From positions 1 to 61,992 of IMG/VR virus record IMGVR_UViG_3300045988_165080: a DNA stretch of 61,992 nucleotides; one strand, 5' to 3'. The notes beneath the pieces are model-generated. The model was not told the DNA's origin. It saw only the letters and a list, made by a program, of their open reading frames with translations, and did not search any database. A program made the position numbers and the translations under genes. Source of the DNA: a virus. This document shows, in pieces, positions 47,001 through 56,797 of this stretch (the first letter of the stretch is position 1; each line of letters opens with the position of its first letter).

Positions 47001-48397
47001 ATAAAGCTTATCCTGATGTTACTCCATATGTACTTATACATTTTGGAATAAATGATTTAAGTCAAAACGGTATTGATGGAATAAAGACACTAGCAAGTAT
47101 TTTAAGAAATAAATATAGAAATACACCGATATTTATTTTAAAAGAGTTACATGTTGGGACTGCGTATGCAAATTATGAAACTGTAAATACAAGTATAGAT
47201 GAACTAAACACACAATTAAAAAACTTTTGTGATAATGAAGATAACATCTTTCTTTTAGATATTTCTAGTTCTGTTGAAACTTATACAGGTGTTTTAAATT
47301 CAGAATATACAACAGATGGATACAGATTTAAAGATAATGCTAGTAAAAAAGTTTTTTATGATGCAATTACAAGTAAATTACTATCAACAGCAATAGGTTA
47401 TAAAGAAAAAGATAAAACAGATGATAGTGGAGAAAGTTCTGATAAAGAAGATAAAGATAATACAACTGTTGCAGAAACTGTATCTATAGTTATGCAAGCT
47501 AATAAAAAATATGAATATGGTGTTGTTAAAGATCTTACATTTTTACTACCTACAGTTGTAGTTGATTCGTTTTATAGTAGAATTATTTTTAAAACTCCGA
47601 AGGATTCCGAACCTATGAAATACTATCAATCTAAAATAGTTTATTTGCAAGGAACTGATTGTCTAAATGGTCAATTAATTCCAAAAGCAGATACTACTTA
47701 TAACATAATTGTTATGCCAAATGCAAATAAAGACTTAACATCAGAAAAATATTATGGTTCCGTTACTGGAGTGAGTAGTGGTGGAAATTATAAAGAATTT
47801 ACTACTTTTGTTGGAGGAATTAAAGTAGCTGAAATTGCTCAAACATATTTAAATCAAACTGGCTTAAGATACGGAGAATTTACTTTTACAATCAATTTAG
47901 AACCAACAAACTTTCCAAATAATATGAGTGGAAATTTAAATAAATGGTATGATTCCAGTGTAAATAAAGCCAATATAGACGGTAGTTCTTTAGTTATGCT
48001 TGCTTATTTAGGAATAACTTATAAAAACAGTGCTTATAATAATCATTCTCTAAAAAAATTAGTTAAAAATACTAATTATAGTTGGACCTTTAAGTTCCCA
48101 CGTATAGCATCAGAACAAGCTAGATATTGTATTCAAAAAGGTTGGGTTCTAAATGAGGCTGATTTAACTAATTTTACGAATTTAAAAGCAGGAGATTTAT
48201 TATTTTATGATAGTGATACTTTTGACAATGAAAGATTTATGAATATATCACATGTTGCAATTTGTGTAGGTGAAGTAGACGGAGTTATGTCTTTAATAGA
48301 AGCAACTATCTGTGAAAATGGAGTAAGAGTTAAATCTGTTGAATCTACTACTTCAGACAAATTATTATTTGTAGCTAGACCAAGAATATTATCTTAA
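44048..48397 (+). CDS. Tail-associated lysin (about 1450 aa): lytic transglycosylase, NlpC/P60, SGNH-like and second NlpC/P60-like domains
   Basis: MMGESSGNPSAHG...GLFGI (SLT). YDCSSFVSCCYGEAGL...HHTMIYIGDGKVAH (NlpC/P60). VLIHFGINDL (SGNH-like). GDLLFYDSD...ISHVAICVGE. The start is 44036 or 44048 (GTG). Confidence 0.75.
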   Translation: MEKLVTEIYILNRKKKIIDVLSNNGTNPSSPFFDDLFTMYLSTGADTFEFSTIFNERTSNIENGYFVLFYFKNNFKLFQIMSSKNEHTNGILIKSCYCETVGLELINKPVRKSTINGDVSTFFSLALQDSSFELGYVDPTITDFKTVVIEKPTPIYTVIQDNLSTYDIEIEFTVEIKNNKVSKQYVNVYRKRGKNTHVRFEYSTNVDNVKKSEDLTDFCSALIGVGSNGIDFKDIEWIKSNGNPTDKPMNQDFVVDETAHQYFHNDDGSYITGVYESNADNSADLLDETWKELQTRKQPKIDYETSIVLFDEDIDIGDTVYVIDHEYTPDLYLEARVSKLELSFTDWYNKSKCTLANYKEVKSKILNLSNPDDIFNEILDFLGGIGIGKLTDEDLAKIEDYLYKMGLEKKEIDELFNKIYDIIDPPPKPPTGDDTEYEPIYLSTYKNGVWVGDDRFYDIKYSETVSSVDTDNDQYSQALALYQQYNIGKNQNSSYLDNVMSSSNNYKLYVMVNYYSEKFGLDPQFVYAIMMGESSGNPSAHGQSAGSGYGLFGIERSVFFKGFKGTSTLTIKYLDGSTESFYPSTSNMTPGYGGTTAINGITVDKNISNQIKLGCYLIRQAIEYCHGNMFAALVSYNMGIGSLYWIISKYVCDTYNYTFVDSYSLSKQSNAVQAKVYEELDSLKFNFAAYRQVLKDTKGLGTPTNVEGYLKWYKIIDGQLPYYKDKNGNKLGYGVGKSTPKSSAQLNATDTRNKIVETAKAIVSQHVNQKIATYDQAYRTWNFKKPNRRSGYYYGIKNPICYDCSSFVSCCYGEAGLTSVFHADSTCSGGTLVKYATAKPGYKMWKVTTAGLNEAKPGDIVMDANFAVTSSNLTASYMSLWGKTHHTMIYIGDGKVAHASQWAYHPNAIKISSITYYINKGTSFFLRPYDLTEADNRTATETPSVEETDFNEVYIKALRLANAYNFYDSNNNLLTKVKGFYSDDNKAYPDVTPYVLIHFGINDLSQNGIDGIKTLASILRNKYRNTPIFILKELHVGTAYANYETVNTSIDELNTQLKNFCDNEDNIFLLDISSSVETYTGVLNSEYTTDGYRFKDNASKKVFYDAITSKLLSTAIGYKEKDKTDDSGESSDKEDKDNTTVAETVSIVMQANKKYEYGVVKDLTFLLPTVVVDSFYSRIIFKTPKDSEPMKYYQSKIVYLQGTDCLNGQLIPKADTTYNIIVMPNANKDLTSEKYYGSVTGVSSGGNYKEFTTFVGGIKVAEIAQTYLNQTGLRYGEFTFTINLEPTNFPNNMSGNLNKWYDSSVNKANIDGSSLVMLAYLGITYKNSAYNNHSLKKLVKNTNYSWTFKFPRIASEQARYCIQKGWVLNEADLTNFTNLKAGDLLFYDSDTFDNERFMNISHVAICVGEVDGVMSLIEATICENGVRVKSVESTTSDKLLFVARPRILS

Positions 48398-48411
48398 GGA
48401 GAGTGGTTATT

Positions 48412-50499
48412 ATGAACAAAGAAACGGTAACTAGAGAGTATAATAACTACTCTGATAGTTATAATGCTTTATTTAATATACTTACTAATGTGATAGCAAA
48501 CAAAGAAATAAAACAGGATGATGTATATGATTTAGAAGAGGCACATGCATCTTATGTTAATAATGCTGAAATTATAAGGACAGCATTAAATCAAGAAGAT
48601 GAAAATATTGCGACAGATAAGCTTGAAAAAAGTAAAGTTATTACAAAAGAAACTATTTTAGATCTTCTAACAGAAGGTGGTACAAGAAATATATTCTATC
48701 AAGGCAATGATGGAGAAATATTAATTGATGGTCAAGGTGTACCAGCTCTTGTTTTATTAGCAAAGAAATTGAATTTAATAGCAACAGATGGAGAAGATGA
48801 GTCAAGTATTACATTGACACCTACATTTATACAATTGTTAGCAGCTAGTGATATACGTCTAGGAGCAAATAATATAAAACTTGAAGGTTATACCACTATT
48901 AATGGTGGCTTTAAAATTGATGAAAATGGCAATATGGAAGCTAATGATGGAAAATTTAAAGGTAATATAGAAGCTACAAGTGGGAAAATATCTTCAGACT
49001 TAGAAGTAGATGGTCTTAATGTATCAGGAACATTAACAGCAGATGCATTAAATGTTAGACAACTTAATTATTTTAATGACGGAATTACATCTGATATTAG
49101 TCTTACAGTTGATACATCTATAACAGATACTCCAAATATATTTGAAAATAACGGCAAATTTAATTCCTTACAAAGAGCAATTGAATCTATTCCAAAAAAT
49201 CTTAATGGATATACAGTAAGTATAGCAGTTAATTCAATATTGTATGAAAATATAACTATTAAAGGATTTAATGGTGGAACTTTATACGTTCTGTTTAATA
49301 AAAATAATTACGGCAATATACTGGGCCATAATTGTGGAGCAGAAATATTATTACAAGGAACCGGAACAACTACACAAGTTTTAGTCAGCAATTATAAAAC
49401 TACAGGAAATGTAAACATGCGTACTGGTGGAGATACTTCTTATAATATCGTTCAAACAGTCCCTTCTGGAGCAGTATTATTACTTACAGATTTTAACAGC
49501 AACGGATGGGGTTATACTACATATAATGGAAAAAGTGGATGGATAAGTACAAATACTTCATATATGGTAAAAGAAGAAGTTTACCAAACAAGTGGAACAT
49601 CTACAGCTATACAACCCAATGAATTGATAACTCAAGATGGATATAATTTTGCTGCAGTATTTCGTAATTGCCCTTATGTAGCTATATATAATTTAGAATT
49701 ATATAGTAAAACAGGAGATGCTAACAATTATACTGTGGGATCTATAAGAGGGTCTTATTTAGATATAGAAAATAGTAAATTATGTGGTAGTGAAAATGGA
49801 ATATTAGCAAATAGAGGAGGAAGAGTATTTGAATCAAATGTTACAGGTAAAGTTAATAGTATTGCTCAAAAGGTAGAATTAAGCGGAACAATTTATATAA
49901 ATGATGGTACAACTGTAAATGGTACAATATCTAAAGACAATTCATCTCAAATTATATATTCTGAATCTGGAGCAGTAAAGGATAATACAAGTAATGTAGG
50001 AACAAATACTAATACTACAACTGCTACATCTGCAGTAACTATATATAGCAATAGCGGTAATACATATAGACATAATATCTATACGGGCTATAAAAACGAC
50101 AATACTGTACGCCAGGGTGATTATGGTTTTGGCGATTGTGATGGAATTTGGCTATTTGGCAGTCAATTTGCTAACAAATTAAAAGGAAAAAATATCACTA
50201 AAATATCATTAACTGTTAGTAGATTAAAAAGTGGAATATACGGAAATGTTACAGGAATATTAAAAATGCACAATCATACAATACAGCCTTCTACTGCTCC
50301 TGTATTCACATCTGGATGGAGTAAAGAGTTCGTAATGACAATAAATACTTCAATGACAATTGAAATAACTGATGCCACTGTATTAAATGCTATAAAAAAT
50401 GGTACTTGTGCAGGATTTGGTGTACAAGCCGACTACGATAAAGCACATTATGCTACGTATGAAGGGACTTGTACATTAGTTGCTACTATACAAGGATAA
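48412..50499 (+). CDS. Tail fibre / receptor-binding protein with an internal SH3b-like domain
   Basis: YKTTGNVNMRTGGDTSYNIVQTVPSGAVLLLTDFNSNGWGYTTYNGKSGWIS, plus position. Confidence 0.6.
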   Translation: MNKETVTREYNNYSDSYNALFNILTNVIANKEIKQDDVYDLEEAHASYVNNAEIIRTALNQEDENIATDKLEKSKVITKETILDLLTEGGTRNIFYQGNDGEILIDGQGVPALVLLAKKLNLIATDGEDESSITLTPTFIQLLAASDIRLGANNIKLEGYTTINGGFKIDENGNMEANDGKFKGNIEATSGKISSDLEVDGLNVSGTLTADALNVRQLNYFNDGITSDISLTVDTSITDTPNIFENNGKFNSLQRAIESIPKNLNGYTVSIAVNSILYENITIKGFNGGTLYVLFNKNNYGNILGHNCGAEILLQGTGTTTQVLVSNYKTTGNVNMRTGGDTSYNIVQTVPSGAVLLLTDFNSNGWGYTTYNGKSGWISTNTSYMVKEEVYQTSGTSTAIQPNELITQDGYNFAAVFRNCPYVAIYNLELYSKTGDANNYTVGSIRGSYLDIENSKLCGSENGILANRGGRVFESNVTGKVNSIAQKVELSGTIYINDGTTVNGTISKDNSSQIIYSESGAVKDNTSNVGTNTNTTTATSAVTIYSNSGNTYRHNIYTGYKNDNTVRQGDYGFGDCDGIWLFGSQFANKLKGKNITKISLTVSRLKSGIYGNVTGILKMHNHTIQPSTAPVFTSGWSKEFVMTINTSMTIEITDATVLNAIKNGTCAGFGVQADYDKAHYATYEGTCTLVATIQG

Positions 50500-50510
50500 G
50501 GAGGGCCAAC

Positions 50511-51050
50511 ATGAAAGAAATTTTGAGAGATTATACAATTGACTTTGATCTAATAACAGGAAAGATATCTTCAGACTATCTTTCTTTTTTTATTACAGAT
50601 AAAAATGTATCAACTTTATTCGTAAAATTAAAAGCAATTAATAACGATAATATTGTTGCTTATCTAAAAAATTCAGAAGTTACTAATCACAGTTTAAATT
50701 TAAAAGTTAAAAAACCTAAAACTGGAGAAACAGTTAATAAAACAGGTAAAAAAATTCAAGGTGAAGATGATGAAATTGCTATATTTAGATTTGATTTAGA
50801 AACTAAATTTACAAATCAAGCTGGAGATTGTAACTGTGAATTGTTTGATACTTTTATAGAAAACAGTTTAGAAAAACTAGTAAGTAGTAAAACTTTCCCT
50901 TATACAGTTTCACCAAGTGCTACTGCAGATGCTACGCCTGAAAATCCTAATCCTGGAACAGGTGGAACAACAAGTATTACATATGATGAGACAAACGAAT
51001 TATTAGTGTTTAATTCGGTTACTACTGAAAATGAGTTAACAACAATCTAG
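50511..51050 (+). CDS. Tail/baseplate accessory protein (BppU-N-like?)
   Basis: RBS aaggaggg, then MKEILRDYTIDFDLITGK.... Called from position. Confidence 0.4.
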   Translation: MKEILRDYTIDFDLITGKISSDYLSFFITDKNVSTLFVKLKAINNDNIVAYLKNSEVTNHSLNLKVKKPKTGETVNKTGKKIQGEDDEIAIFRFDLETKFTNQAGDCNCELFDTFIENSLEKLVSSKTFPYTVSPSATADATPENPNPGTGGTTSITYDETNELLVFNSVTTENELTTI

Positions 51051-51062
51051 GAGGTGGTTTAA

Positions 51063-52877
51063 ATGGCAGATAATGAAAAATATGCATGTGGATATAAAAA
51101 CTCACAAACAGGTGAAATTGTATACTATAAGGATAAAGATGCACGTTCGCAACTTAAAGATATTGCGAACATAGTCAGCTTATTTCAAGGTGATAATGAC
51201 ACGATAAAATTACAAAACGCCATCAACTATGTACACGAAAATGGCGGAGGGAATATAATAATTGACAAAGATATTAACTTGGTTGATACTATAATAATAA
51301 AAGATAATGTTAATATTTATAGCAAAAAATCAAAGATAGTATCAAACACTGACAAAATACCCATTATTATAAAAGGAAATAATGTTTCAATGAATGGTAT
51401 TACAATAAATTGTAATAAGATTTCTAATGTAGGTATTTATGTGGATAGTTATATTAGAAATATAAATATAACTGAATGCGAGGTTTTTAATATTGATACT
51501 GAAGCAGAAGCATACGGCATATATATATCATCATATGGATGTAGTAATATAAAAATACATAAATGTAATGTACATGATATAAAAAGTACTGCTGATGGTG
51601 TTACTGCCGTAAGGGGTGGAGGCTGGAGTAAAGGAATAATAATAGATAGAGCGGAATATGTAAATGGAGATGTATCGAAAGGCAAAGATTTGAACACAAA
51701 AGGTATAATTATTAGTGAGAATATAATTGAAAATATTTTTCCGTATGAAGATGGTGAAGCCATTTATATTGAAGGTAATTCTATAAAAAACATAGTGAAT
51801 GCAAAAATAATAAACAATACAATTAAAAATTTCGGCAAACGTGCAATAAAAATTTTACCTTGTTCGGAAATAATAATTTCAAATAATTATATAGAAAATA
51901 ACTTAGAGGATTATAATTTTTCTTTTATAAGTTTCTTTGCTACTAATATCACAATATCTAATAACAGATGTATAAAAACAAATAATTATATAGAAAATGG
52001 GATAGAAATTGGATACGACTATGATACTTACATTATAAATGAAGAAGTTGGAAATATAATTATAACAAATAATAATTTAATATGTGGAAATACAGGAACA
52101 AATTATGGGATAATATTTAAACATAAACAAATGACAACATCTTGTATTATTTCAAATAATAATATACAAAATGTTAGATATGGGATAGCTTTAAAAACCT
52201 CTAATATAATTAAAAATATAAATATAAATAATAATATATTCAATAATGTAACAGGTACTGCTATTTATAATAGGTCAAATTTAAGTACGTTGACAGTTGA
52301 TGGAAATATAATTACTGGTAATATGTTAAGTAGTGCCATTGATATAAATATTGATGACAGTTTGGAAAATAAAAAAATTGAATATATAATAATACAAAAC
52401 AATTTTATAAATAAAACAGATTATGCAGGTATATCAATATCTTATGGAGATACAATAAAAATATTAAATAATAACTTTTATTGTAATGTTGATAGTGTTT
52501 ATATAGATACTGAACATGTGACTAATTATTATGTGCAAAACACTATAAACTTAAAAAATAATAAATTTTCAAAATATGATACTTTCAAAGAAGATTCTAA
52601 TTTAATTCTTATAAATGAAATTAATACTACATTAATTATACCAACTATATTATCTAAAATTATAATTGTTAAATATTTAATTGCTAATACAATAGATAAT
52701 ATAGTTGCAAACAATGGAACAATGATTGTATTGACAACTTCGAATGGAGATTTAACTATAAATAATAGTTCTGACATAGCTTTAAAAAATTCAACTAACG
52801 TAACTTTAGCATTCCAACAATCTATAACACTGATAAGATTAGATAATAGATGGATAGAAATATCAAGGAATTTTTAA
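51063..52877 (+). CDS. Right-handed beta-helix tailspike / depolymerase-like protein
   Basis: Many I/V-x-N-N repeats (IISNNYIENN, ITISNNRC, IIITNNNL, IISNNNIQN, ININNNIFNN) typical of parallel beta-helix repeats. Confidence 0.6.
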   Translation: MADNEKYACGYKNSQTGEIVYYKDKDARSQLKDIANIVSLFQGDNDTIKLQNAINYVHENGGGNIIIDKDINLVDTIIIKDNVNIYSKKSKIVSNTDKIPIIIKGNNVSMNGITINCNKISNVGIYVDSYIRNINITECEVFNIDTEAEAYGIYISSYGCSNIKIHKCNVHDIKSTADGVTAVRGGGWSKGIIIDRAEYVNGDVSKGKDLNTKGIIISENIIENIFPYEDGEAIYIEGNSIKNIVNAKIINNTIKNFGKRAIKILPCSEIIISNNYIENNLEDYNFSFISFFATNITISNNRCIKTNNYIENGIEIGYDYDTYIINEEVGNIIITNNNLICGNTGTNYGIIFKHKQMTTSCIISNNNIQNVRYGIALKTSNIIKNININNNIFNNVTGTAIYNRSNLSTLTVDGNIITGNMLSSAIDINIDDSLENKKIEYIIIQNNFINKTDYAGISISYGDTIKILNNNFYCNVDSVYIDTEHVTNYYVQNTINLKNNKFSKYDTFKEDSNLILINEINTTLIIPTILSKIIIVKYLIANTIDNIVANNGTMIVLTTSNGDLTINNSSDIALKNSTNVTLAFQQSITLIRLDNRWIEISRNF

Positions 52878-53070
52878 TCCTCATAGATTCAAGAAACTAC
52901 TAATTTATATTACTAATAATTATTTATCCTTTATGATAGGTAAATTTCCAAAGATAATAAAATATTATTATCGTTCATTAGTTCACAATTTAAAAATATT
53001 GCGTACTTAGTTTTGCGATATGGTGGAGTATAAAGGTACACCATTTAAAAATTAGAAAGGAGATTATATT

Positions 53071-53316
53071 ATGAAAGATAAAATATTGGAAAGATTCGCT
53101 TATGATACTGGAGCAACAGATAGTGGAATTAATCACTCAAAAGAAGATATTAAAGAATATTTATTAAATTTATCAGAAAATGAATTTAGATTATTTCTAA
53201 GTAGATTAATTAGGGAAGAATTTTTATCTGAAAATTCATTAGAACAAGGATATGGAATTGAAGATGTGTCAAGTTTTATAAATTGGATTAAATATGATTT
53301 AGAAATAGATATTTAA
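53071..53316 (+). CDS. Hypothetical protein
   Basis: 81-aa ORF with RBS aaaggag. Confidence 0.45.
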   Translation: MKDKILERFAYDTGATDSGINHSKEDIKEYLLNLSENEFRLFLSRLIREEFLSENSLEQGYGIEDVSSFINWIKYDLEIDI

Positions 53317-53337
53317 TAATTAAAAGGAGGTTTAATT

Positions 53338-53517
53338 ATGAACGAAGAGTATATTCTGTTAGAAGAAGATAAAAGAGAAGAATTACGAAAAGCATATGAA
53401 ATAATTGAAAAAGTAAAAAATAAAATAAATCTTGATTATGAAGAATATACATGCATAGATACAACGCTTGATTATTTAAACGTTGCGATAAATTATAAGA
53501 AAAAAATGTTGTCTTAG
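53338..53517 (+). CDS. Hypothetical small protein (not in the ORF track)
   Basis: RBS aaaggagg, then MNEEYILLEEDKREELRKAYEIIEKVKNK... (59 aa). Confidence 0.4.
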   Translation: MNEEYILLEEDKREELRKAYEIIEKVKNKINLDYEEYTCIDTTLDYLNVAINYKKKMLS

Positions 53518-53568
53518 TTAAAAATGATTGCGAACCTATTTTACCAAGTAAATACCAAGTAAGATAAT

Positions 53569-53602
53569 AAGAGTAGCTAAATCAATAGCTACTCTTTTTT
53601 AT
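53569..53602 (+). terminator. Intrinsic terminator closing the tail-fibre region
   Basis: Stem aagagtagct/agctactctt followed by a T-run. Confidence 0.75.
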
Positions 53603-53671
53603 TAAAAAATTATAAAAAGTGTAATCTTTTCCATACTTTTGCATAGAATTAAGTAAAAGGAGGTTTAGATT

Positions 53672-53851
53672 ATGAAAAATAATAAAACCGTAATCCAATT
53701 GAGTTTTAAAAATAACATGGATGATAAACTTTTATTATCGTGGCTAGAAGATAAATTTGCAGAATACGGTAATAAAAGTAATTATATAAAATACATTCTT
53801 AGAAAAGAAATGCTAAAAGAATCAAATGAGTTTGCTCAAAAAGTCAAATAG
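53672..53851 (+). CDS. Ribbon-helix-helix-like regulator heading the accessory cassette (not in the ORF track)
   Basis: RBS aaaggagg, then MKNNKTVIQLSFKNNMDDKLLLSWLEDKFAEYGNKSNYIKYILRKEM. Confidence 0.5.
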   Translation: MKNNKTVIQLSFKNNMDDKLLLSWLEDKFAEYGNKSNYIKYILRKEMLKESNEFAQKVK

Positions 53852-53887
53852 AAAAGCAAGTCCGAACCAAAATAATGCTTCACTCAT
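53822..53887 (-). CDS. Speculative 21-aa hydrophobic peptide antisense to the RHH 3' end
   Basis: RBS gaggtg 6 nt before ATG. Sequence MSEALFWFGLAFLFDFLSKLI. Confidence 0.2.
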   Translation of the reverse strand: MSEALFWFGLAFLFDFLSKLI

Positions 53888-53950
53888 TTTTATCACCTCG
53901 GTCAATTCATATTTTAATTATTATTTTAAACAGGAAGGAGATTTTTATAC

Positions 53951-54331
53951 ATGAAATCTTATAGTTTTAAGGAATATAAGTTAATATCAGAAAATGATTG
54001 CACTTTAATTGAAAAATTTCTTAATAACTTAAAGATGAATAAAAAAGAATACAAAAGAATTATTGTTTTAATAGCTATTTTTATGAATAAGAATTTAATT
54101 TCTTATTGTATAACTACAGAAACTGAAATATCAAACGTAGCTACTCAAATCCTTAGTTTATTAATGGTCTTTGCTAAATATGGTTGTATGTGTATGGGAA
54201 TAAAAAGCATTATAGAAAATGCTTTACAAGGGGCAGATTTTAAGCAAGCAACAACATCTGGAATACAATATTTCCTAATTTATATATTATTAAGTTTTTA
54301 TCCGAAACTTTTTTCAATGATTAGATTTTAG
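53951..54331 (+). CDS. Small membrane protein (two hydrophobic helices; VirB2/TcpD-like topology)
   Basis: VATQILSLLMVFAKYGCMCMGI and GIQYFLIYILLSFYPKLF. RBS aggaaggag. Confidence 0.5.
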   Translation: MKSYSFKEYKLISENDCTLIEKFLNNLKMNKKEYKRIIVLIAIFMNKNLISYCITTETEISNVATQILSLLMVFAKYGCMCMGIKSIIENALQGADFKQATTSGIQYFLIYILLSFYPKLFSMIRF

Positions 54332-54342
54332 GAGGTATTGAT

Positions 54343-54594
54343 ATGGAAGAAAAATTAAATCAAGTTATAAATATTTTAGATAATTTCTTACATCCGATAG
54401 AATTTATTAAAGAAACTGGATATGAGCTTTTAGTTGCTATACAAAATCTATCTTTTGATATATGCCTTATAGCAGGTTTTATAGCACTTTTATTATATGT
54501 ATTTGGGTATAAGAAAGGTAAGAGATGGGCATTTATGATACCTTGTATATATATTATCCTTAACATAGTTATAGGAGCAATTACTCATGCTTAA
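54343..54594 (+). CDS. Small membrane protein (two TM helices; VirB3/TcpE-like topology)
   Basis: FDICLIAGFIALLLYVFGY and WAFMIPCIYIILNIVIGAI. RBS taggagg. Confidence 0.5.
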   Translation: MEEKLNQVINILDNFLHPIEFIKETGYELLVAIQNLSFDICLIAGFIALLLYVFGYKKGKRWAFMIPCIYIILNIVIGAITHA

Positions 54595-56797
54595 AAGTAT
54601 TCCTATAGCAAAATATTTTGAGATACAAAATCAAGAATATGTATACCTAAAATTAGTTCCAAGCAAATCAATTAGAAATAATAGGACTTATTCTATGTTA
54701 GAACTTGTAAATAAAATGTATCTCAATCTTAATAAGCTCATAAAGATAGAAGATAAAAAATTAATTATAAAAACTCAATTTAAAGCAAGTTATTATATTT
54801 ACATTACAAAAGATAAAATTAATTTTTATTTTATAGTTCCTAAACTATTCTATACAAAATTTAAAGTTAAATTTAAAGAAATATGGAAATCTGTAGAAAT
54901 AAAAGAAGTTAATACAATTCCACTCCTAACTAGATCACAATATCAATTAATATATAAAAATAAGGATTATATGTCCATAAATACAGATTTAAGGTCTAAT
55001 GACTTGTTATCCGCCAATATGGCTACTGTAGGAGTATTACAAGATGGAGAAGAAGCAGGAATATTATATAATTTTCTACCTACATCAGAAAAACAATGTA
55101 ATTATTTTAAATCCACTTGTCAAAAGTTTATTAAAGAATATAAAAATACAAATGTAAAATATACATCTAATGTCGTAGCTAATATCGTTATTAAAATATT
55201 ATCTTATAGTATAGATTTTGTTAACTCAACTTTAAATTTTTTATTTGATGTAAAACAAGTAGATAAACAAGTTAATTTTAATAAATTGAGTAATAATACA
55301 ATCAAAAAAGCTACTACAGATATATGTAAAACACAGATTATATTATCTAGCAAAGCTAAAACAACTAATAGAGAAAAATCTATTATAGATACATTATTTA
55401 ATTCTTATTCGGCTATAGAAGATGACAATAAGTTTATATGTAAGAAAATTAAACACAATATAAGAACATTAAATACATCTGTATATGAATGTGGTAATTT
55501 TATAGCACTTCCTGGAGATGATATAATACAGCAATTTCCACAGATAAATCATAACAAAGTATATAATAAGAATTTCCCAAAATGTTTAGCTACTGGAAAT
55601 ATATTAATTGGTAATACTATAAAAAATACACCAGTATATTATTCTATGGATAAGGAAATTAGTAGACTTGGAAGGGTATTAATGGGAGGTATGGGATGTG
55701 GTAAAACTTATTATATGCAGAATCTAGCAAAATCTATAATAGCTAATGGAGATGGCCTTATAGTATTAGATATAATAAGGGACTGCAGTCTTGCAGAATC
55801 TATAAAGCAGGTTACACCAAAAGATAGATTAATAGAAATAGATTGTAGTAATCCTAAGCAACTACAAGGATTTTGTTATAATGAATTAGTATGTAAAAGT
55901 AATGATAATTATAGAAAATTAGCTAAATGTATGGAAAAAGGCACACAATTACACATATTACTTAATACTATTAATGCTGATACAAAATTAACTCCTAGAA
56001 TGTTACGTTACTTTTATGCAGCTTGTACCGTAGTATTTTATAAGAATTTTAACGCTAGTTTCAAAGAAATTATAGAGATACTTTTATATCCTGATGTGCG
56101 TAAAAATCTTTTAGAAAAACTTTCAGAAAATGAAAAATCTTTACTTGCAGATGAAATTAAAGATTTATACGATTTAGATAAAGTCAATAAAAATGGAAAT
56201 ATAGAGAACTATGATAGCAAGATAGACGGAATAATAGATAGAATAAGCGTATTAAAAACTAATTTATATACAAAACTAGCTTATAATACACCAGGAAATA
56301 ATAATATAGACTTTGTAAAAGCATTAGACCAAAATAAAGTTATAATTATAAAGGCTAAAGAAGAAGATTTCACAAATAGAAATATGAGAGATTTAATAGC
56401 AACATTTTATCTTTCTAAAGTATGGTTAGCAAAACAAATAAGATCTAATACACGCACAGAATTATTTATAGACGAAATTAATTTATTTCCTACAGCACAA
56501 ATTATCCTGCAAGATATTCTCACAGAATGTAGAAAATATTCTTTAATTCCTACTATAAGCTTACACTTTTTAGAACAATGTACAAAAAAGTGTAAAAATG
56601 CTATTCTAAGTAGTGGATGTAGTTTTTTATTACTTGCTGGAGCTGATGTAAAATGTTTTATTGAACTTAAGGAATTATTTAATAAGGAAGGATACACAGA
56701 AACGGATTTACTAGAACTAAAAAGATATCATGCTCTTTGCCTTATTAGAAATGAAGATAATGTATATTCTGCATTTGTGGTAAGATTACCAAAATAA
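54587..56797 (+). CDS. 736-aa P-loop NTPase (HerA/VirB4/FtsK-like motif order) with an N-terminal half I could not assign to a family
   Basis: Walker A LMGGMGCGKTYY near residue 365, then GLIVLDIIRD. Walker B TELFIDEINLF. 8-nt overlap with the upstream membrane-protein gene. Confidence 0.6.
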   Translation: MLKSIPIAKYFEIQNQEYVYLKLVPSKSIRNNRTYSMLELVNKMYLNLNKLIKIEDKKLIIKTQFKASYYIYITKDKINFYFIVPKLFYTKFKVKFKEIWKSVEIKEVNTIPLLTRSQYQLIYKNKDYMSINTDLRSNDLLSANMATVGVLQDGEEAGILYNFLPTSEKQCNYFKSTCQKFIKEYKNTNVKYTSNVVANIVIKILSYSIDFVNSTLNFLFDVKQVDKQVNFNKLSNNTIKKATTDICKTQIILSSKAKTTNREKSIIDTLFNSYSAIEDDNKFICKKIKHNIRTLNTSVYECGNFIALPGDDIIQQFPQINHNKVYNKNFPKCLATGNILIGNTIKNTPVYYSMDKEISRLGRVLMGGMGCGKTYYMQNLAKSIIANGDGLIVLDIIRDCSLAESIKQVTPKDRLIEIDCSNPKQLQGFCYNELVCKSNDNYRKLAKCMEKGTQLHILLNTINADTKLTPRMLRYFYAACTVVFYKNFNASFKEIIEILLYPDVRKNLLEKLSENEKSLLADEIKDLYDLDKVNKNGNIENYDSKIDGIIDRISVLKTNLYTKLAYNTPGNNNIDFVKALDQNKVIIIKAKEEDFTNRNMRDLIATFYLSKVWLAKQIRSNTRTELFIDEINLFPTAQIILQDILTECRKYSLIPTISLHFLEQCTKKCKNAILSSGCSFLLLAGADVKCFIELKELFNKEGYTETDLLELKRYHALCLIRNEDNVYSAFVVRLPK

